Origin: an uncultured Acidobacteriota bacterium
Lineage (GTDB): Bacteria > Acidobacteriota > UBA6911
NCBI GenBank assembly: GCA_963809485.1
Contig: CAWEJX010000020.1
Span: forward strand, 736,001 to 800,000
Direction of reading: 5' to 3'
Length of the DNA stretch: 64,000 nt
Below, one piece after another: positions 28,216-38,661 of the stretch; position 1 is the first letter of the stretch; every line of letters starts with the position of its first letter. The position numbers and the translations under genes were made by a program. Under the pieces are notes generated by a model. The model was not told the origin of the DNA. It did no database searches and saw only the letters and a program-made list of their open reading frames with translations.

Positions 28216-30345
28216 ATGGCTAACGGTGAAAGAGTGGTTCGCACATCCTGCCGCGGATGCCACGGCATCTGCCAGGTTTTGGTTCACCTGGACCCGCAAG
28301 GGCGCGTCACGGAGATAAAAGGAGATCCCGAAAGCCCGACCAGCCGCGGATACATCTGCTGCAAAGGACGGTATGCTCCTGAGCTGCTCTATCATCCGGA
28401 CCGTCTCCTACGGCCCCTGCGCCGCAGGGGACCGCGCGGATCAGGCCAATGGGAAGCCATCGGCTGGGAAGAGGCTCTCTCGCACATGGCCGGGGTTTTG
28501 GATCGCATAAGACGGGAATCGGGGCCGGAATATATCGCGCTCTGCCAGGGCACAGGGCGTCCCTACACGGAATTCACAAGCCGCTTCATTCACGCGTTGG
28601 GATCTCCCAATTTCGTTTCTCCCGGTCACAACTGTTTTCTCCCGCGCACTATCGCTTCAGGCATCACCGTCGGCTGGCTGCCCCATCCGGACATTTATGG
28701 ATCCGGCGGGCAGATGCCTGCCTGCATCCTGCAGATCGGCCAGAACTCACCGGCGTTCGGCTCCGCCGACGGTATCTGCGGCGGCATGATCCGCCGCGCG
28801 ATGCATTCGGCCCGGGAGGTGATCGTGGTCGATCCGCGGCGCACCCCGACTGCCCGCACAGCGACTCACCACCTGCAGATACGCCCGGGCACCGACTGCT
28901 CCCTGATTCTTGCGATGCTGCATGTGATTCTCGGCGAGGGGCTATACGACCGCGATTTCGTGGAGCGCCACTGCACCGGATTCAGGGAACTGCAGGAGCA
29001 TGTTGCCGGCTTTGCTCCCGAATGGGCTGAGCCGATCGCCCAAATTCCGGCAGAGCAGATACGCGCTGCAGCCCGCGTATTCGCAGGCACCAGGCCCGCC
29101 TGTGTGCTGTGGGGCAATGGTCTCGACATGAGCATCAACGCCTTCCAGGTTGCGCGCTCGATACTGCTCCTCATCGCCGTCACCGGCAATCTCGACGTGC
29201 CCGGCGGCATGGTGCGTTGGGTGCCGCCCGCCGGCATCCGGCCCAAGTCTCCGCTGGTCGATCCGTCCATTCGAGGGGACCAGTTCCTCACCGGCGAGCA
29301 AAAAGCCCGGATGATCGGGGCCGGACGATTCCCTTTTACCCCGGGTTGCCACCAGCCTACCTTCTGGCAGGCGTGCGTCACGGGAAAACCTTATCGGCCG
29401 CAAGCGGTCTGGCTTGTCGGCACCAATCCCATGCTTACAGGCACGCGCGGCGATCTCATCGAAGAAGCGCTGTTGCGTCACATCGAATTCTCCGTCGTAT
29501 CCGATTTTTTTATGACACCGGAGGCCGAGCTGGCCGATCTTGTACTGCCGGCCGCCCACTGGCTGGAGCAGGAGGATGTGGTGTACCTGCATAAAATTTG
29601 GTGCGTGATGGCGCGGCGCAAGCTGGCCCAGCAGGGCGAAGTTCGCGACGACCGCGATGTCATCCTGGACCTGGCCCACCGGCTTGGACTCGAGAAAGCC
29701 TTTCCCTGGCCCAACCGGCGCGCCTACCTCAACTGGCTGCTGGAACCATCGGGCATTACGTTCGAGGATTTTGCCGCTCTGGGTTTTGTTCGGGGAGAGA
29801 TGCGCTATCGCAAACACGAAAAGAAGGGATTTCCCACGCCAAGCGGACGCGTGGAACTGCTCAGCTCGATTATGACCAGAGCAGGAAGGCCTCCTCTTCC
29901 TGTGTTTGTGGAACCGCCGCTTTCGCCCCAGGAAAGGCCCGACCTTGCAGGAGAGTATCCCCTGACACTGATATCCGGGTGCAAGATTCTTCCCTTCTTC
30001 CACTCCGAGGGAAGACATCTTCCTTCGCTGCGGCGCATGCATCCGAGCCCGCTTGTGGATGTCCACCCCGACACGGCAAAGCGCCTGTCTCTAATAGCGG
30101 GAAAGGAAGCCTGGGTGACTACGCCTCATGGCCGTGCGCAATTCATCGTTCACCTGGATAGCTCCCTGCAACCTTCGGTCGTTCATGCGGAACACGCATG
30201 GTGGTTTCCCGAAGAACCGGGACCGGATCATGGGTGGCGCAGAAGCAACGCCAACCTGCTTTTCGGCCACGATATTTTCGACCCGGACTCAGGCGCGGAG
30301 CTTCTGAAATCCGGCATCTGCCGCCTCGAGCCCGGGACGGCTTGA
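28216..30345 (+). CDS. Mo/W-bisPGD oxidoreductase, acetylene-hydratase-like subfamily
   Basis: CRGCHGIC..CKG [4Fe-4S] motif, HPDRL..P, VVDPRRT, RPGTD, GNLDVPGG and ADLVLPAA.WLE. Confidence 0.88.
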   Translation: MANGERVVRTSCRGCHGICQVLVHLDPQGRVTEIKGDPESPTSRGYICCKGRYAPELLYHPDRLLRPLRRRGPRGSGQWEAIGWEEALSHMAGVLDRIRRESGPEYIALCQGTGRPYTEFTSRFIHALGSPNFVSPGHNCFLPRTIASGITVGWLPHPDIYGSGGQMPACILQIGQNSPAFGSADGICGGMIRRAMHSAREVIVVDPRRTPTARTATHHLQIRPGTDCSLILAMLHVILGEGLYDRDFVERHCTGFRELQEHVAGFAPEWAEPIAQIPAEQIRAAARVFAGTRPACVLWGNGLDMSINAFQVARSILLLIAVTGNLDVPGGMVRWVPPAGIRPKSPLVDPSIRGDQFLTGEQKARMIGAGRFPFTPGCHQPTFWQACVTGKPYRPQAVWLVGTNPMLTGTRGDLIEEALLRHIEFSVVSDFFMTPEAELADLVLPAAHWLEQEDVVYLHKIWCVMARRKLAQQGEVRDDRDVILDLAHRLGLEKAFPWPNRRAYLNWLLEPSGITFEDFAALGFVRGEMRYRKHEKKGFPTPSGRVELLSSIMTRAGRPPLPVFVEPPLSPQERPDLAGEYPLTLISGCKILPFFHSEGRHLPSLRRMHPSPLVDVHPDTAKRLSLIAGKEAWVTTPHGRAQFIVHLDSSLQPSVVHAEHAWWFPEEPGPDHGWRRSNANLLFGHDIFDPDSGAELLKSGICRLEPGTA

Positions 30346-30467
30346 TTAAATGCGCTTCCGGTGCCTCGCACCCTCGGGGGCGTCTCATCGGCTCTTGCAC
30401 GCTGACCGTAACCTTTGGTGTCCGTTTCCGTCGGCGCTTTTATCGGCGCATATCAGCGCACTGAAAC

Positions 30468-30502
30468 CCGGCAAACTCCCGGCTTGGCCGGGAGTTTGCC
30501 GG
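30468..30502. terminator. 16-bp hairpin between convergent genes (likely bidirectional terminator)
   Basis: CCGGCAAACTCCCGGC-TTG-GCCGGGAGTTTGCCGG. Confidence 0.65.
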
Positions 30503-30510
30503 TGAATGGA

Positions 30511-32556
30511 TCAGCCGAGCCTGCCCTTGCTTTGCAGGGCATCCGCGACCTTCCTCAGATTCATTTTTTCAAGAGTCGCCCGCGTCGGATATCCGTTTTG
30601 GGGATTAAGGCCCTCGAACTTGTAGAACCGTGTTTTAAAGTCTTCGACTTTTGCCCGGTCCAGCTTTCGGCCCTTGCCCGTATCGTACTTCCATTTGCCG
30701 TCTGTATACATGGGCATATCGTGACCCATGCTCGGTCTCTCATAAAGGTGATCAGGGAATACTTCCATATCGCGATGCCTGCCTTGCAGCACCCATATCG
30801 ACCGGTCGAGCGTATATATCTTGTGGCCGATCTCCATATAGTCCGCAAAGGTCAGGTTCTTTCCCGTAACGGCATTCCAGAATTTGGGCTCGGCCTTGGG
30901 GGTGGGGCCTCTCCTGTCAGCCGTATTGTTGGTGATGCACATGGGCCAACGCCATCCGCAGAAGCCTCCCGCCCCTATCCAGAATTTTTCATAGTGTTTG
31001 ATCCAGGCAACCTGCTTGACCTTGGAGTCCGAATAAATCCCGGTCGGCCCGTCGCTGTGATCCACCATGAATACATCCCCCTGATAGGGTTCCATGGCAT
31101 CCGTATAAAGCTTGGCAGCCTCTTCGGCCGTCAGGTAAGGATCGCCGGACCATGCCATCCAATGCAAAGGATAATTGGCCATCATGTGCAACATCAAATC
31201 GCGTTCTCCCAGCAGAGAGCCGAAGCCCCATTCCGCTTCGATCGCCGGGTCATAGTGATTGGCCGTTCCCCAATAGACCAAGCCCAGCAGACCGCTGTTG
31301 ACATCCTGCTTGTAGCGCCCGATTTTTTCCGCAAACCTGGCGCAGCCCTCTGCCAGGTCGTTGCCGATCCCCTGCCGCTGGGCAATCTGTCTCATAAGGG
31401 CTTCGGCGTAGGTGAACGTCCCTTCCTGATCCAGCGGCAGATTGGTATCGAGCTGTCGGCCTTTCCCCAGAACTCCCTCTTTGTAGAGAGCCTGGACATA
31501 GCTCATGAGAGGCATCAGTTGCCAGTGACCCAGGCCGAATTTCTGCATCAGGTCATTGCCCTGACGCGTGAACTTCAGGGATCCATTCACGTTGATTACC
31601 AGCGTGCCCGCACAGACCGATTCATTGCTGTCTCCGGTAGCCAAACGCATTCGGCATCCTCTGGGACAGGAAGCGCAGGCAGCCGCGCGCGCCGGCGTGA
31701 GCGGGATGTCGCGATTGAGCACATTGCCCCCACTGGGACGGCCGCTGATCAGACTATAAGGCCCTCCGACGCCGAACCTTTCTGCCTCCCGGGGATTGTC
31801 CACGTCCCACTGGAACTGGCGGAACCAGAGCCGGGCATCCATGAACGCTTTTGGATCGGCAATTGGCACGCTTTTGGAGCCGATGGCGCTGATGGCCTTC
31901 AACTTCTTGGACCCGAAGACGCCTCCAAAACCGCAAAGCGCAGCCTGGGATCCGGGCCCGTGGAGGAGGCAGCCCAGGCGGCTTTTGTTTTCCCCCGCCG
32001 GGCCGCAGCAGACAACCGCCGGTATCTGAGTGGTATGGCAGTTTTCGGCAAATTCCGCCCATTCGCCGTATTTGAGGCTGGGTATGACACGCCTGGAAAT
32101 TTCTTCCTGTGTGTCCCAGGTATCCATGCCCCAGATTCCTTTGGCGCTTTCGATCGTTACCTTGTCGTTGACGACGTTGATCCACACGGGCTCATCGGAT
32201 GCCCCTTCAACCACGATGCCGTCCCATCCGGCGAACTTCAGCTGGGCGGTGAAGCGCCCGCCGAAGTTGCTGTGACCGAACCATTCAATGGGATAAAGCA
32301 TTGGCCCAAGGCCCTGAACCTCGCATCTGCCCGAACCCGGCATGAAAGTGCCGGAAAAAGGGGACGCCATCATGATGATGAGGTTCCTGGGATCGAAAGC
32401 TTCGAACGGCAATTGGTCGCCAACCGAGTCAAAGAAAACCGCGGAGCCGATTCCATGGCCCCCGCCGAACTCCTCATATTTTTCGGTATCGATGGCACCG
32501 ATCGCCTTGGTAGTCAGGTTGACTCTTAATATTTTTCCTGTATATCCGCCTTTCAT
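30511..32556 (-). CDS. aldehyde:ferredoxin oxidoreductase (AOR/WOR) family tungstoenzyme
   Basis: GYTGKILRVNLT, SNFGG.F...LKFAGWDGIVVEG, GPAGEN, G.VFGSKKLKAI, CASCPRGC and G.PT...LE.L motifs. Confidence 0.9.
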   Translation of the reverse strand: MKGGYTGKILRVNLTTKAIGAIDTEKYEEFGGGHGIGSAVFFDSVGDQLPFEAFDPRNLIIMMASPFSGTFMPGSGRCEVQGLGPMLYPIEWFGHSNFGGRFTAQLKFAGWDGIVVEGASDEPVWINVVNDKVTIESAKGIWGMDTWDTQEEISRRVIPSLKYGEWAEFAENCHTTQIPAVVCCGPAGENKSRLGCLLHGPGSQAALCGFGGVFGSKKLKAISAIGSKSVPIADPKAFMDARLWFRQFQWDVDNPREAERFGVGGPYSLISGRPSGGNVLNRDIPLTPARAAACASCPRGCRMRLATGDSNESVCAGTLVINVNGSLKFTRQGNDLMQKFGLGHWQLMPLMSYVQALYKEGVLGKGRQLDTNLPLDQEGTFTYAEALMRQIAQRQGIGNDLAEGCARFAEKIGRYKQDVNSGLLGLVYWGTANHYDPAIEAEWGFGSLLGERDLMLHMMANYPLHWMAWSGDPYLTAEEAAKLYTDAMEPYQGDVFMVDHSDGPTGIYSDSKVKQVAWIKHYEKFWIGAGGFCGWRWPMCITNNTADRRGPTPKAEPKFWNAVTGKNLTFADYMEIGHKIYTLDRSIWVLQGRHRDMEVFPDHLYERPSMGHDMPMYTDGKWKYDTGKGRKLDRAKVEDFKTRFYKFEGLNPQNGYPTRATLEKMNLRKVADALQSKGRLG

Positions 32557-33350
32557 TGTTGCTCCCCTCCCCCCACCTTCCATACGGGATTTCTTTTCGG
32601 TACAACGGTGCCGTTGTCCACTAGTCCCAGATTCAGCCAATGGTCATTCCGGAGGTTCACGTCATAGCCTTCGGTTTCTTTCTGATCCGGCATCTGAGCA
32701 ACAAACTTGATCGCCATCATCGGGCAGGTCTCAACGCAAGCCTGCTTGCCGCCGGGGCCCCCTTTTTCATTCCAGTATGGGGTATCAAGGCACAGATCGC
32801 ATTTGGAGGATTTTCCTTTGCCGTCGATAACAACCCAGACCGGCCTGTGCGGCTGCTGAGGACACATTTTGATGCAGGTTTTGCATCCGATGCATTTCTG
32901 GCTGTCAATCCTCCGGACGTTGCCGTTTGCAGCGTCCACGAAGGCTGCGCCGGTCGGGCAACTCTGAACGCAGACCGGCGCCTTGCACTGCCGGCAGGGA
33001 GCCATCTTGACATCGTTGGGGAACTTGCCGAAAGAGTCCTGCATGATCTGGATGCGCGCTAGCGAAAGATTCTGGACTCCGTAATGGACAAGCGAGCAGC
33101 TGAGCATACACGTCGTGCAGCCTGCGCATTTCTTGCTGTCGTAAACCAGGTAGCCTTCGGATGCGGGATAAGTAGGTCCCGCAGCCTCCGGTGATGGCGC
33201 CACCGCAGTTTCCGCAACCGCCTTTGCAGGCGTTGTTGCGATCAATGCGTCAACGGCGACAACCGTACCCCCCGTGACCAGAAAGTCACGTCTTGACAGC
33301 TGCTTCTTGGCAGCAGCTTCTTTGGCTTCAGCCTTTTTATCTTCAGGCAT
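32553..33350 (-). CDS. Tat-signal 4x[4Fe-4S] ferredoxin subunit (DmsB/NrfC-like)
   Basis: SRRDFL Tat motif; CAGCTTC..C, CRQC...C..CP, CIGCKTC...CP and KCDLC...C..CP; stop overlaps the AOR ATG. Confidence 0.9.
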   Translation of the reverse strand: MPEDKKAEAKEAAAKKQLSRRDFLVTGGTVVAVDALIATTPAKAVAETAVAPSPEAAGPTYPASEGYLVYDSKKCAGCTTCMLSCSLVHYGVQNLSLARIQIMQDSFGKFPNDVKMAPCRQCKAPVCVQSCPTGAAFVDAANGNVRRIDSQKCIGCKTCIKMCPQQPHRPVWVVIDGKGKSSKCDLCLDTPYWNEKGGPGGKQACVETCPMMAIKFVAQMPDQKETEGYDVNLRNDHWLNLGLVDNGTVVPKRNPVWKVGGGEQQ

Positions 33351-33537
33351 GTAAAAACTCCTTTACATAGCAAACATTTTGAAAGCCGTTATGAGAAGGA
33401 TCCGATGACGACCTTCCGTTTAATGCTTTGCGCCCCGGCAGGCAGAAATAATTTGAAACTGCCTCCATTTTTCTCAGTGCATTAATGGAACCATCGCTCT
33501 CACATCTGACACAAAATCCGGGCCTAATGTCAACTAT

Positions 33538-33675
33538 ACGTTCCGATACGCTTTTGGGGATCGTGTCGAAGGTGGCAGTGGTCGTCAGTATCGCCTCATT
33601 ATAGATTTCAGTTATGGCCTCGATGTCTGAGAATCCTGCGTTTCTGAATGTCAGTTGCGAGTCAAACTGTTTCAT
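33538..33675 (-). pseudogene. N-terminal fragment of a GNAT (phosphinothricin acetyltransferase-like)
   Basis: MKQFDSQLTFRNAGFSDIEAITEIYNEAILTTTATFDTIPKSVSER, after which similarity is lost. Confidence 0.65.
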
Positions 33676-34059
33676 AGGACCACCTTCTCTCCCTGCAAAC
33701 CCGCCTTGGGGTTCAATCCTAAATCTCTCCTGCCAATTCACGAAAGGAATATTGGAGATGGAGCTGCGGCTTCGGCATAAGGAATGACTTTTTTCTTGCA
33801 ACGGCAATAATCCCGGTCGATCATTCGTTGAGAATCAGATCAGGTGGCGAGCGAGCGACCATTCCCGGCCCCGGAGGGTAAGATCCCTGGGCACAAGCCA
33901 GGAGCCAGGGGCAGGTGAAGAACGTAGACTGAGGAGAGATAGGTCCGTTTGCCGGATACAGTCACAGCAATATCCGTTCTTCAATCTGCATTTCTAATAG
34001 GTCGATGCGCAGCAAGCATCTCATAGTTTGGGCATTATCCCAATAAAGGAGGAAACCTA

Positions 34060-34701
34060 ATGGAAGTTTCAGAGGCAATTCAAAGGAGGGTGACGGTAAG
34101 GCGGTGGATGCAGAAGCCGGTGGAAAAAGAAAAGATAATGCGCGTGATGGAAGCCGGCAGAAGAGCGCCGTCGTGGGGAAATGTACAGCCCTGGCGATAT
34201 GTGGTCGTCCAGGACAGAGCGAGAATAGAGGAATTGGCAAAAACGGCCGGGGGACAGCCGCAGATCAGCACTGCTCCCGTCATCATCGTTTGCTGCGGCG
34301 TAGCCGAAGCATTCTCCCAAAAGTTGCACCGGGAATCCCTGAAACAACTCATCGAAGCAGGCGTGATGGACTGGCCGGACGAACTGCTGGATAACATGGT
34401 TCTGGGAAGCGATCTGTTTGCGCCCTACCGGCTGGGGGAACAGGCGATGAAAATCAAGGCCGGCGAACAGATCATGATTTCCGTTGCCTATATGACGCTG
34501 GAAGCCTTGAATCAGGGGCTGGGGAGCTGCTGGGCAGGAGCCATTGCCACCAAAGATGCTCATTCGATGCTGAAATTGCCGGAGAGCTGGTTTGTGCATG
34601 ACTTTTTGCTTTTGGGCTATCCCGATGAGGATCCCAAACCGAGACCGCGCAAGCCCATCACGGGAATCGTTTTTTGGGAAAGCGTGGAGCCGCAGGCTTA
34701 G
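34060..34701 (+). CDS. nitroreductase family protein
   Basis: RR.TVR, APSWGNVQPW and GLGSCW motifs, LGYP; GGAGG RBS. Confidence 0.92.
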   Translation: MEVSEAIQRRVTVRRWMQKPVEKEKIMRVMEAGRRAPSWGNVQPWRYVVVQDRARIEELAKTAGGQPQISTAPVIIVCCGVAEAFSQKLHRESLKQLIEAGVMDWPDELLDNMVLGSDLFAPYRLGEQAMKIKAGEQIMISVAYMTLEALNQGLGSCWAGAIATKDAHSMLKLPESWFVHDFLLLGYPDEDPKPRPRKPITGIVFWESVEPQA

Positions 34702-34746
34702 TTGTTTTCGGCTGGTGAGGCACTGGATTCGCCAAAGTCCTGGGCG

Positions 34747-35853
34747 CTAGAAGACGTTCTGCTCCTCCCATTCCTCCGGCGTGCGGCAGAAGGAAAAGGC
34801 AAAATCGTCATCCATGTTGCAGCCATCCAGGTGCCAGAATCCGGGTCCGAACCCGCCATCGGCCATCGCCTGACACAAGGGACAATCGTCATCGATCGGG
34901 ATATCATCTTCGGACGAGACCCACGGCAGCCTTATGCGTTCATACTCGATCAGGCAGGAAGGGCTGTTGCCGCCATGCTCGGGATCCGGGGAATCCATCC
35001 AATCTGCCTTTACCTGATCCAGGCGCGCTATTTCGTCGGGTATCGATACATCCCGTTGCTCCTGCATCCGTTTCCAGCAATTCTCAATCAGCATCCGTAC
35101 CAGATCGTAATAGATCACGATTTCATGCGTGCCAAAACCGGCAAATCGATAGGCATGGGAATCCTTCTTAAGGCACGGAGCCGGTTCCTTGAGCCGGCTC
35201 CACTGCGCCTCCCGGGACTGCAGGTCGAAATCAATATCTTCCTGTTTCATGAGAAGGACTTCTCTCGGCGGCAAGCCGCGCAAATCCTCGCGGGGCGTCA
35301 TCAGCCATTTCACATGAATCTCCCTGACAGGGTCCTCCTTGTTTGATGCACGGGCGGCCCGGCACTCGTTGGCAACAAACTCCGCGAGGGCGCCATAGAG
35401 AACCCCCCGTGAATCGAGCGGTGGAACAGCCGTCCGTTCGGCACGCCGCTGATCGGCGATCGCTCTATATTCAACCACGGAGCTGAGAAAGAGCCAATCA
35501 TGGGGAACTCTGTACGGCAGCCACATTTCGGTGAGTTCCCGGCCATTGTGGTATTGAACTTCTCCCTCCGGCATCAGGACCGAGTATGACGATTCTGCAG
35601 CAAAAACCCGTGCGGCCAGGTCCACGAAGATGATCCCGGCATCCCACGGCTCTGGGTTGACACCGTCCGAGAACCCGTCCAGAAACCTGCTGTCGCCTGC
35701 AGGCTTGGTGAACCGGGTTATGGCGTGCTCAAGTTCCTCGATTGTCTCCGGTTCGGCCGCCAGCCCGGCCAGGATTGAATCGGCAAGAAAACCGTGAAGG
35801 GTGCCGTTGATGGCACGGCTTGCATCCATGATGTTGATTCTGAGTTCGCTCAT
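34747..35853 (-). CDS. hypothetical protein with acidic C-terminal CxxC motif
   Basis: Long ORF with RBS; DDCPLCQ and HLDGCNMDDDFAFSF. Confidence 0.7.
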   Translation of the reverse strand: MSELRINIMDASRAINGTLHGFLADSILAGLAAEPETIEELEHAITRFTKPAGDSRFLDGFSDGVNPEPWDAGIIFVDLAARVFAAESSYSVLMPEGEVQYHNGRELTEMWLPYRVPHDWLFLSSVVEYRAIADQRRAERTAVPPLDSRGVLYGALAEFVANECRAARASNKEDPVREIHVKWLMTPREDLRGLPPREVLLMKQEDIDFDLQSREAQWSRLKEPAPCLKKDSHAYRFAGFGTHEIVIYYDLVRMLIENCWKRMQEQRDVSIPDEIARLDQVKADWMDSPDPEHGGNSPSCLIEYERIRLPWVSSEDDIPIDDDCPLCQAMADGGFGPGFWHLDGCNMDDDFAFSFCRTPEEWEEQNVF

Positions 35854-36106
35854 CGGGAAATCCTCCTCCGGACATGAATGTCCACTCAGGTGACCGTTCA
35901 ACCTCTGTTTCAACGGTTCCACAGAGGCATTCAGACTATCTAATGATCCCCCCCGGATTTGAGCCAGATTATTTTTGCGTCAAAGGTCCATCCAAAGCAT
36001 GCTGAGCCGTAGTGAAAACGTATTGTGCCAACATGCAGCGTTTTTTGCTAAGATAGGCGACGTAATCCATCCCTGCTTTTACGAATTCTTAACAAGGAGA
36101 AACTCT

Positions 36107-36664
36107 ATGAGCCGTGGTCAAATCGAGAAGAGAGGCACGACGCGCCGAGGCTTTGTCAAGAGCGCCGCGGCGGGCGCAGGCGGCATTGCTCTAGCGAGTT
36201 CATTGGGGCCGGTTCTGAGACCCGGCCAGGGCGGCGTGATCGCAGCCCCTGCTGCTGAAAGCAAGTATCAGAAGGAAATACTGGTCGGGGAAGTAAAGAA
36301 GTACGGAGACCTGCGGGTATTCGAGCTCAAAGGTAAGGATGCTCGCGGTTTCGATTGGGCGGTGCAAATGTCGCCGGTTGATGCGATCCCCCTGATGAAA
36401 GAGCCGGAGGTAGTAAATGCCGACCGCGTCAAGGCATACATCGGCGGAGATCCGAAAAACGTGAAGGACATCGGCACGAAAATTGAAGTGTCGATGGGAA
36501 GCGAACCGGAAGTCTACACCATCGACTCAGCAGCGGTGACCTATATCCCGAAGGGGACGCCGCACCGGCAGCGCGTTCTCAATAAAGCCGCGAGAGAATC
36601 GTTTGTTCTGACTCTAACCCTGCCGCCGAAATATGTCGAGCCGGCGAAACCCAAAAAACAATAA
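36107..36664 (+). CDS. Tat-exported cupin-like protein
   Basis: TRRGFVK Tat motif; YIGGDP and YIPKGTPH; AAGGAG RBS. Confidence 0.75.
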   Translation: MSRGQIEKRGTTRRGFVKSAAAGAGGIALASSLGPVLRPGQGGVIAAPAAESKYQKEILVGEVKKYGDLRVFELKGKDARGFDWAVQMSPVDAIPLMKEPEVVNADRVKAYIGGDPKNVKDIGTKIEVSMGSEPEVYTIDSAAVTYIPKGTPHRQRVLNKAARESFVLTLTLPPKYVEPAKPKKQ

Positions 36665-36674
36665 GAAGGCCGCT

Positions 36675-37118
36675 ATGACACAGAAAAAATACGAAAAATA
36701 CATTGTGCGGAACGCTGTGGTCACGATGCCTCCAATGGGAGCGGAGAATCCGCTCAACAGCCCGTTGGTCGCCGGCGGTTCCGAGTTGATGAAGGCCATC
36801 GAGGGGGCGATTCCGAATTTCGCGCTGTACTACGTCATGCGCGCCGGTATGTTCATGGAGCCGCCGCACATGCACCCAAATGACGAATACCTGATGTTTA
36901 TCTCTTCGGATCCGCACGACATGAAGAACCTCGGGGCGGTCGTCGAAGTCGCTTACGGCAACGAGTGGGAAAAGGTCGTGTTCTCGCAGTCGGCGCTGGT
37001 CCATTTCCCGAAAAACCTGCCGCATTGCCCAATACACGTGAAGAAGATGGACCGGCCGTTCCTTTTCGGGCATTTCTGGCCAATGGGGGAAACGTCGAAC
37101 TTTGTGCCGGTACCGTAA
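36675..37118 (+). CDS. cupin domain protein
   Basis: PHMHPNDEYL and FPKNLPHCP metal-binding motifs. Confidence 0.8.
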   Translation: MTQKKYEKYIVRNAVVTMPPMGAENPLNSPLVAGGSELMKAIEGAIPNFALYYVMRAGMFMEPPHMHPNDEYLMFISSDPHDMKNLGAVVEVAYGNEWEKVVFSQSALVHFPKNLPHCPIHVKKMDRPFLFGHFWPMGETSNFVPVP

Positions 37119-37239
37119 AACCGGAGACCGGCGGAAATCCGTTCTGCTCAACCAACGGGGCTGGGAACGATTCGTCAAGGCAGACCGACAAATTCTCCGA
37201 GCAGGCCTTCGAAATCTGCAGGCATGAAAATTCGGGCCA

Positions 37240-37470
37240 ACTGCATCCAAGAAACTATGGCTGGGCAGAGTTGATTAGAAGGGTGGTTGGATTCGATGTT
37301 TCTGGGTGCGATTCCTGCGGGTGCCGGATGAGGATCCTATGCCCCATCAATTCCCCGGAGGCGAAGGCTTGATCCCCGGTCTTGATGTGGACCCAGACGC
37401 CGTCGCGGTCCGCAAATTCGTAAGGCGCGGCATCCTTCGCCCGAAGAGTCCATGCGCACGCGATCCCGAT
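37240..37470 (+). pseudogene. C-terminal remnant of an IS91-like transposase
   Basis: YGWAELIRRVVGFDVSGCDSCGCRMRILCPINSPEA resembles the WA.L.RR.F..D...C..CG..MR.I zinc-ribbon tail. Confidence 0.55.
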
Positions 37471-37476
37471 CCAAAA

Positions 37477-37876
37477 AGTCAGGTGCCTCCGGCAATGCCG
37501 GAGGCTTGAAAGATTTGAGCCCCTCAAAGCGGTTGGAGGAGTTACGCCGGTCTTGAACGCTGACTTACGCGGGCAAAAGCCGATGAGGCGCTTCCGATCC
37601 CCGCAGGGGCCAGCGCTCCGCGCTGGACAGTTATCTGCGGCGGCACTGTGGCAAGCGCCGTGCGGCAAGGAGATGAAGGGTTTGAGAAACCGGGCGTTTG
37701 CCACAGTGCCGCCGCAGATAACTCCATCGGAAGCGCCTCATCGGCTTTTGCTCGCCGATCCTCGCCGAACAAATCGGTGATCAGCGCTTTTATCAGCGTT
37801 TCTCAGCGTTTCAAAATACGGAACTGTCAAACTCTTGGAGTCCCCCGGCAGAGCCGGGGGTTTACCAATGTAATTA
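37477..37876 (-). mobile_element. non-autonomous IS200/IS605-type element, copy 2
   Basis: Same ends and internal inverted repeats as 27690-28092. Confidence 0.85.
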
Positions 37877-38172
37877 CAATGGCAGTGCACGTTCATTTCA
37901 TCACTTTCTCCTTCCATCCAACGGATCCCAAAATCCCATTGGCGCCTCCAAAAACGGACCTGATTTGCGGCACCCGCTTGTCGCTGCAGCATATCTTCCG
38001 GGCCGGCTCCGGCGAAGAGCATCCCGGGGAAGAGGCATCTGTTAGATTTTACAGTACATTATTTCTTCCAATTTCCTTTACAATAAGTCAAACGACTTTT
38101 TCATTGCACCAGCGGTCGACGAATACGAGTGATGTGAGGAACACCGGCTGGGAAAAAAGGAGATACTTCGCT

Positions 38173-38643
38173 ATGAACCGGAAGCAATTCATGGAATATG
38201 TCGATCATTTCAACAACAAGAGGTTTGATAAGGTTGCCAGCTATTTCTGTCCGGATGTGACGCTCGCGTATCCCGACAACTTCATGGGTCCGCAGATCCC
38301 CGGCCGCACCGGAAACACCCTGCACGGCCCCAAGGAATTCATTGCCAACTACCTGGCCATCACCGCCAACATTCGTGAAGTCCTGAATGTCGGCGCCTTT
38401 CTTTCCAGGGGGAACCAGTTCTGCGTCGAACTGATCACCGAGTTCCACGTGTTGAAGACTCCCCCGTCCAGCGCCCCGGGAGCCCAATGGAAAGAAGGGG
38501 ACGTCATCGTCATGAATCAGATTGTGCTGTACGATCTGGACGAGAAAGGCAAGTTCAAACGGATCCGGATTTTTCACCATCGCTATCTTGACGCGAAGGA
38601 AGTGCTGCAGAAAAAGGCCGCTCACGCAAAGGTCCTGGCATAA
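38173..38643 (+). CDS. SnoaL/NTF2-like protein
   Basis: Y...FN...FD.V..YF.PDV.L and C-terminal LYDLDEKGKFKRIRI. Confidence 0.75.
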   Translation: MNRKQFMEYVDHFNNKRFDKVASYFCPDVTLAYPDNFMGPQIPGRTGNTLHGPKEFIANYLAITANIREVLNVGAFLSRGNQFCVELITEFHVLKTPPSSAPGAQWKEGDVIVMNQIVLYDLDEKGKFKRIRIFHHRYLDAKEVLQKKAAHAKVLA

Positions 38644-38661
38644 TTTGCGCTGGATAACCGG

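Noticed and set aside
30415-32529. 704-aa plus-strand ORF
   Set aside because: Antisense shadow of the AOR gene with no recognisable motifs; typical of GC-rich DNA
33400-33470. c-di-GMP-I riboswitch upstream of the ferredoxin (GGCGCAAAGC on the minus strand)
   Set aside because: The GGCAAAC/GAAA P2 stem and a matching P1 are not found
37648-38172. N-terminal extension of the SnoaL ORF
   Set aside because: It runs through the repeat element; the better start is ATG 38173 after AGGAG
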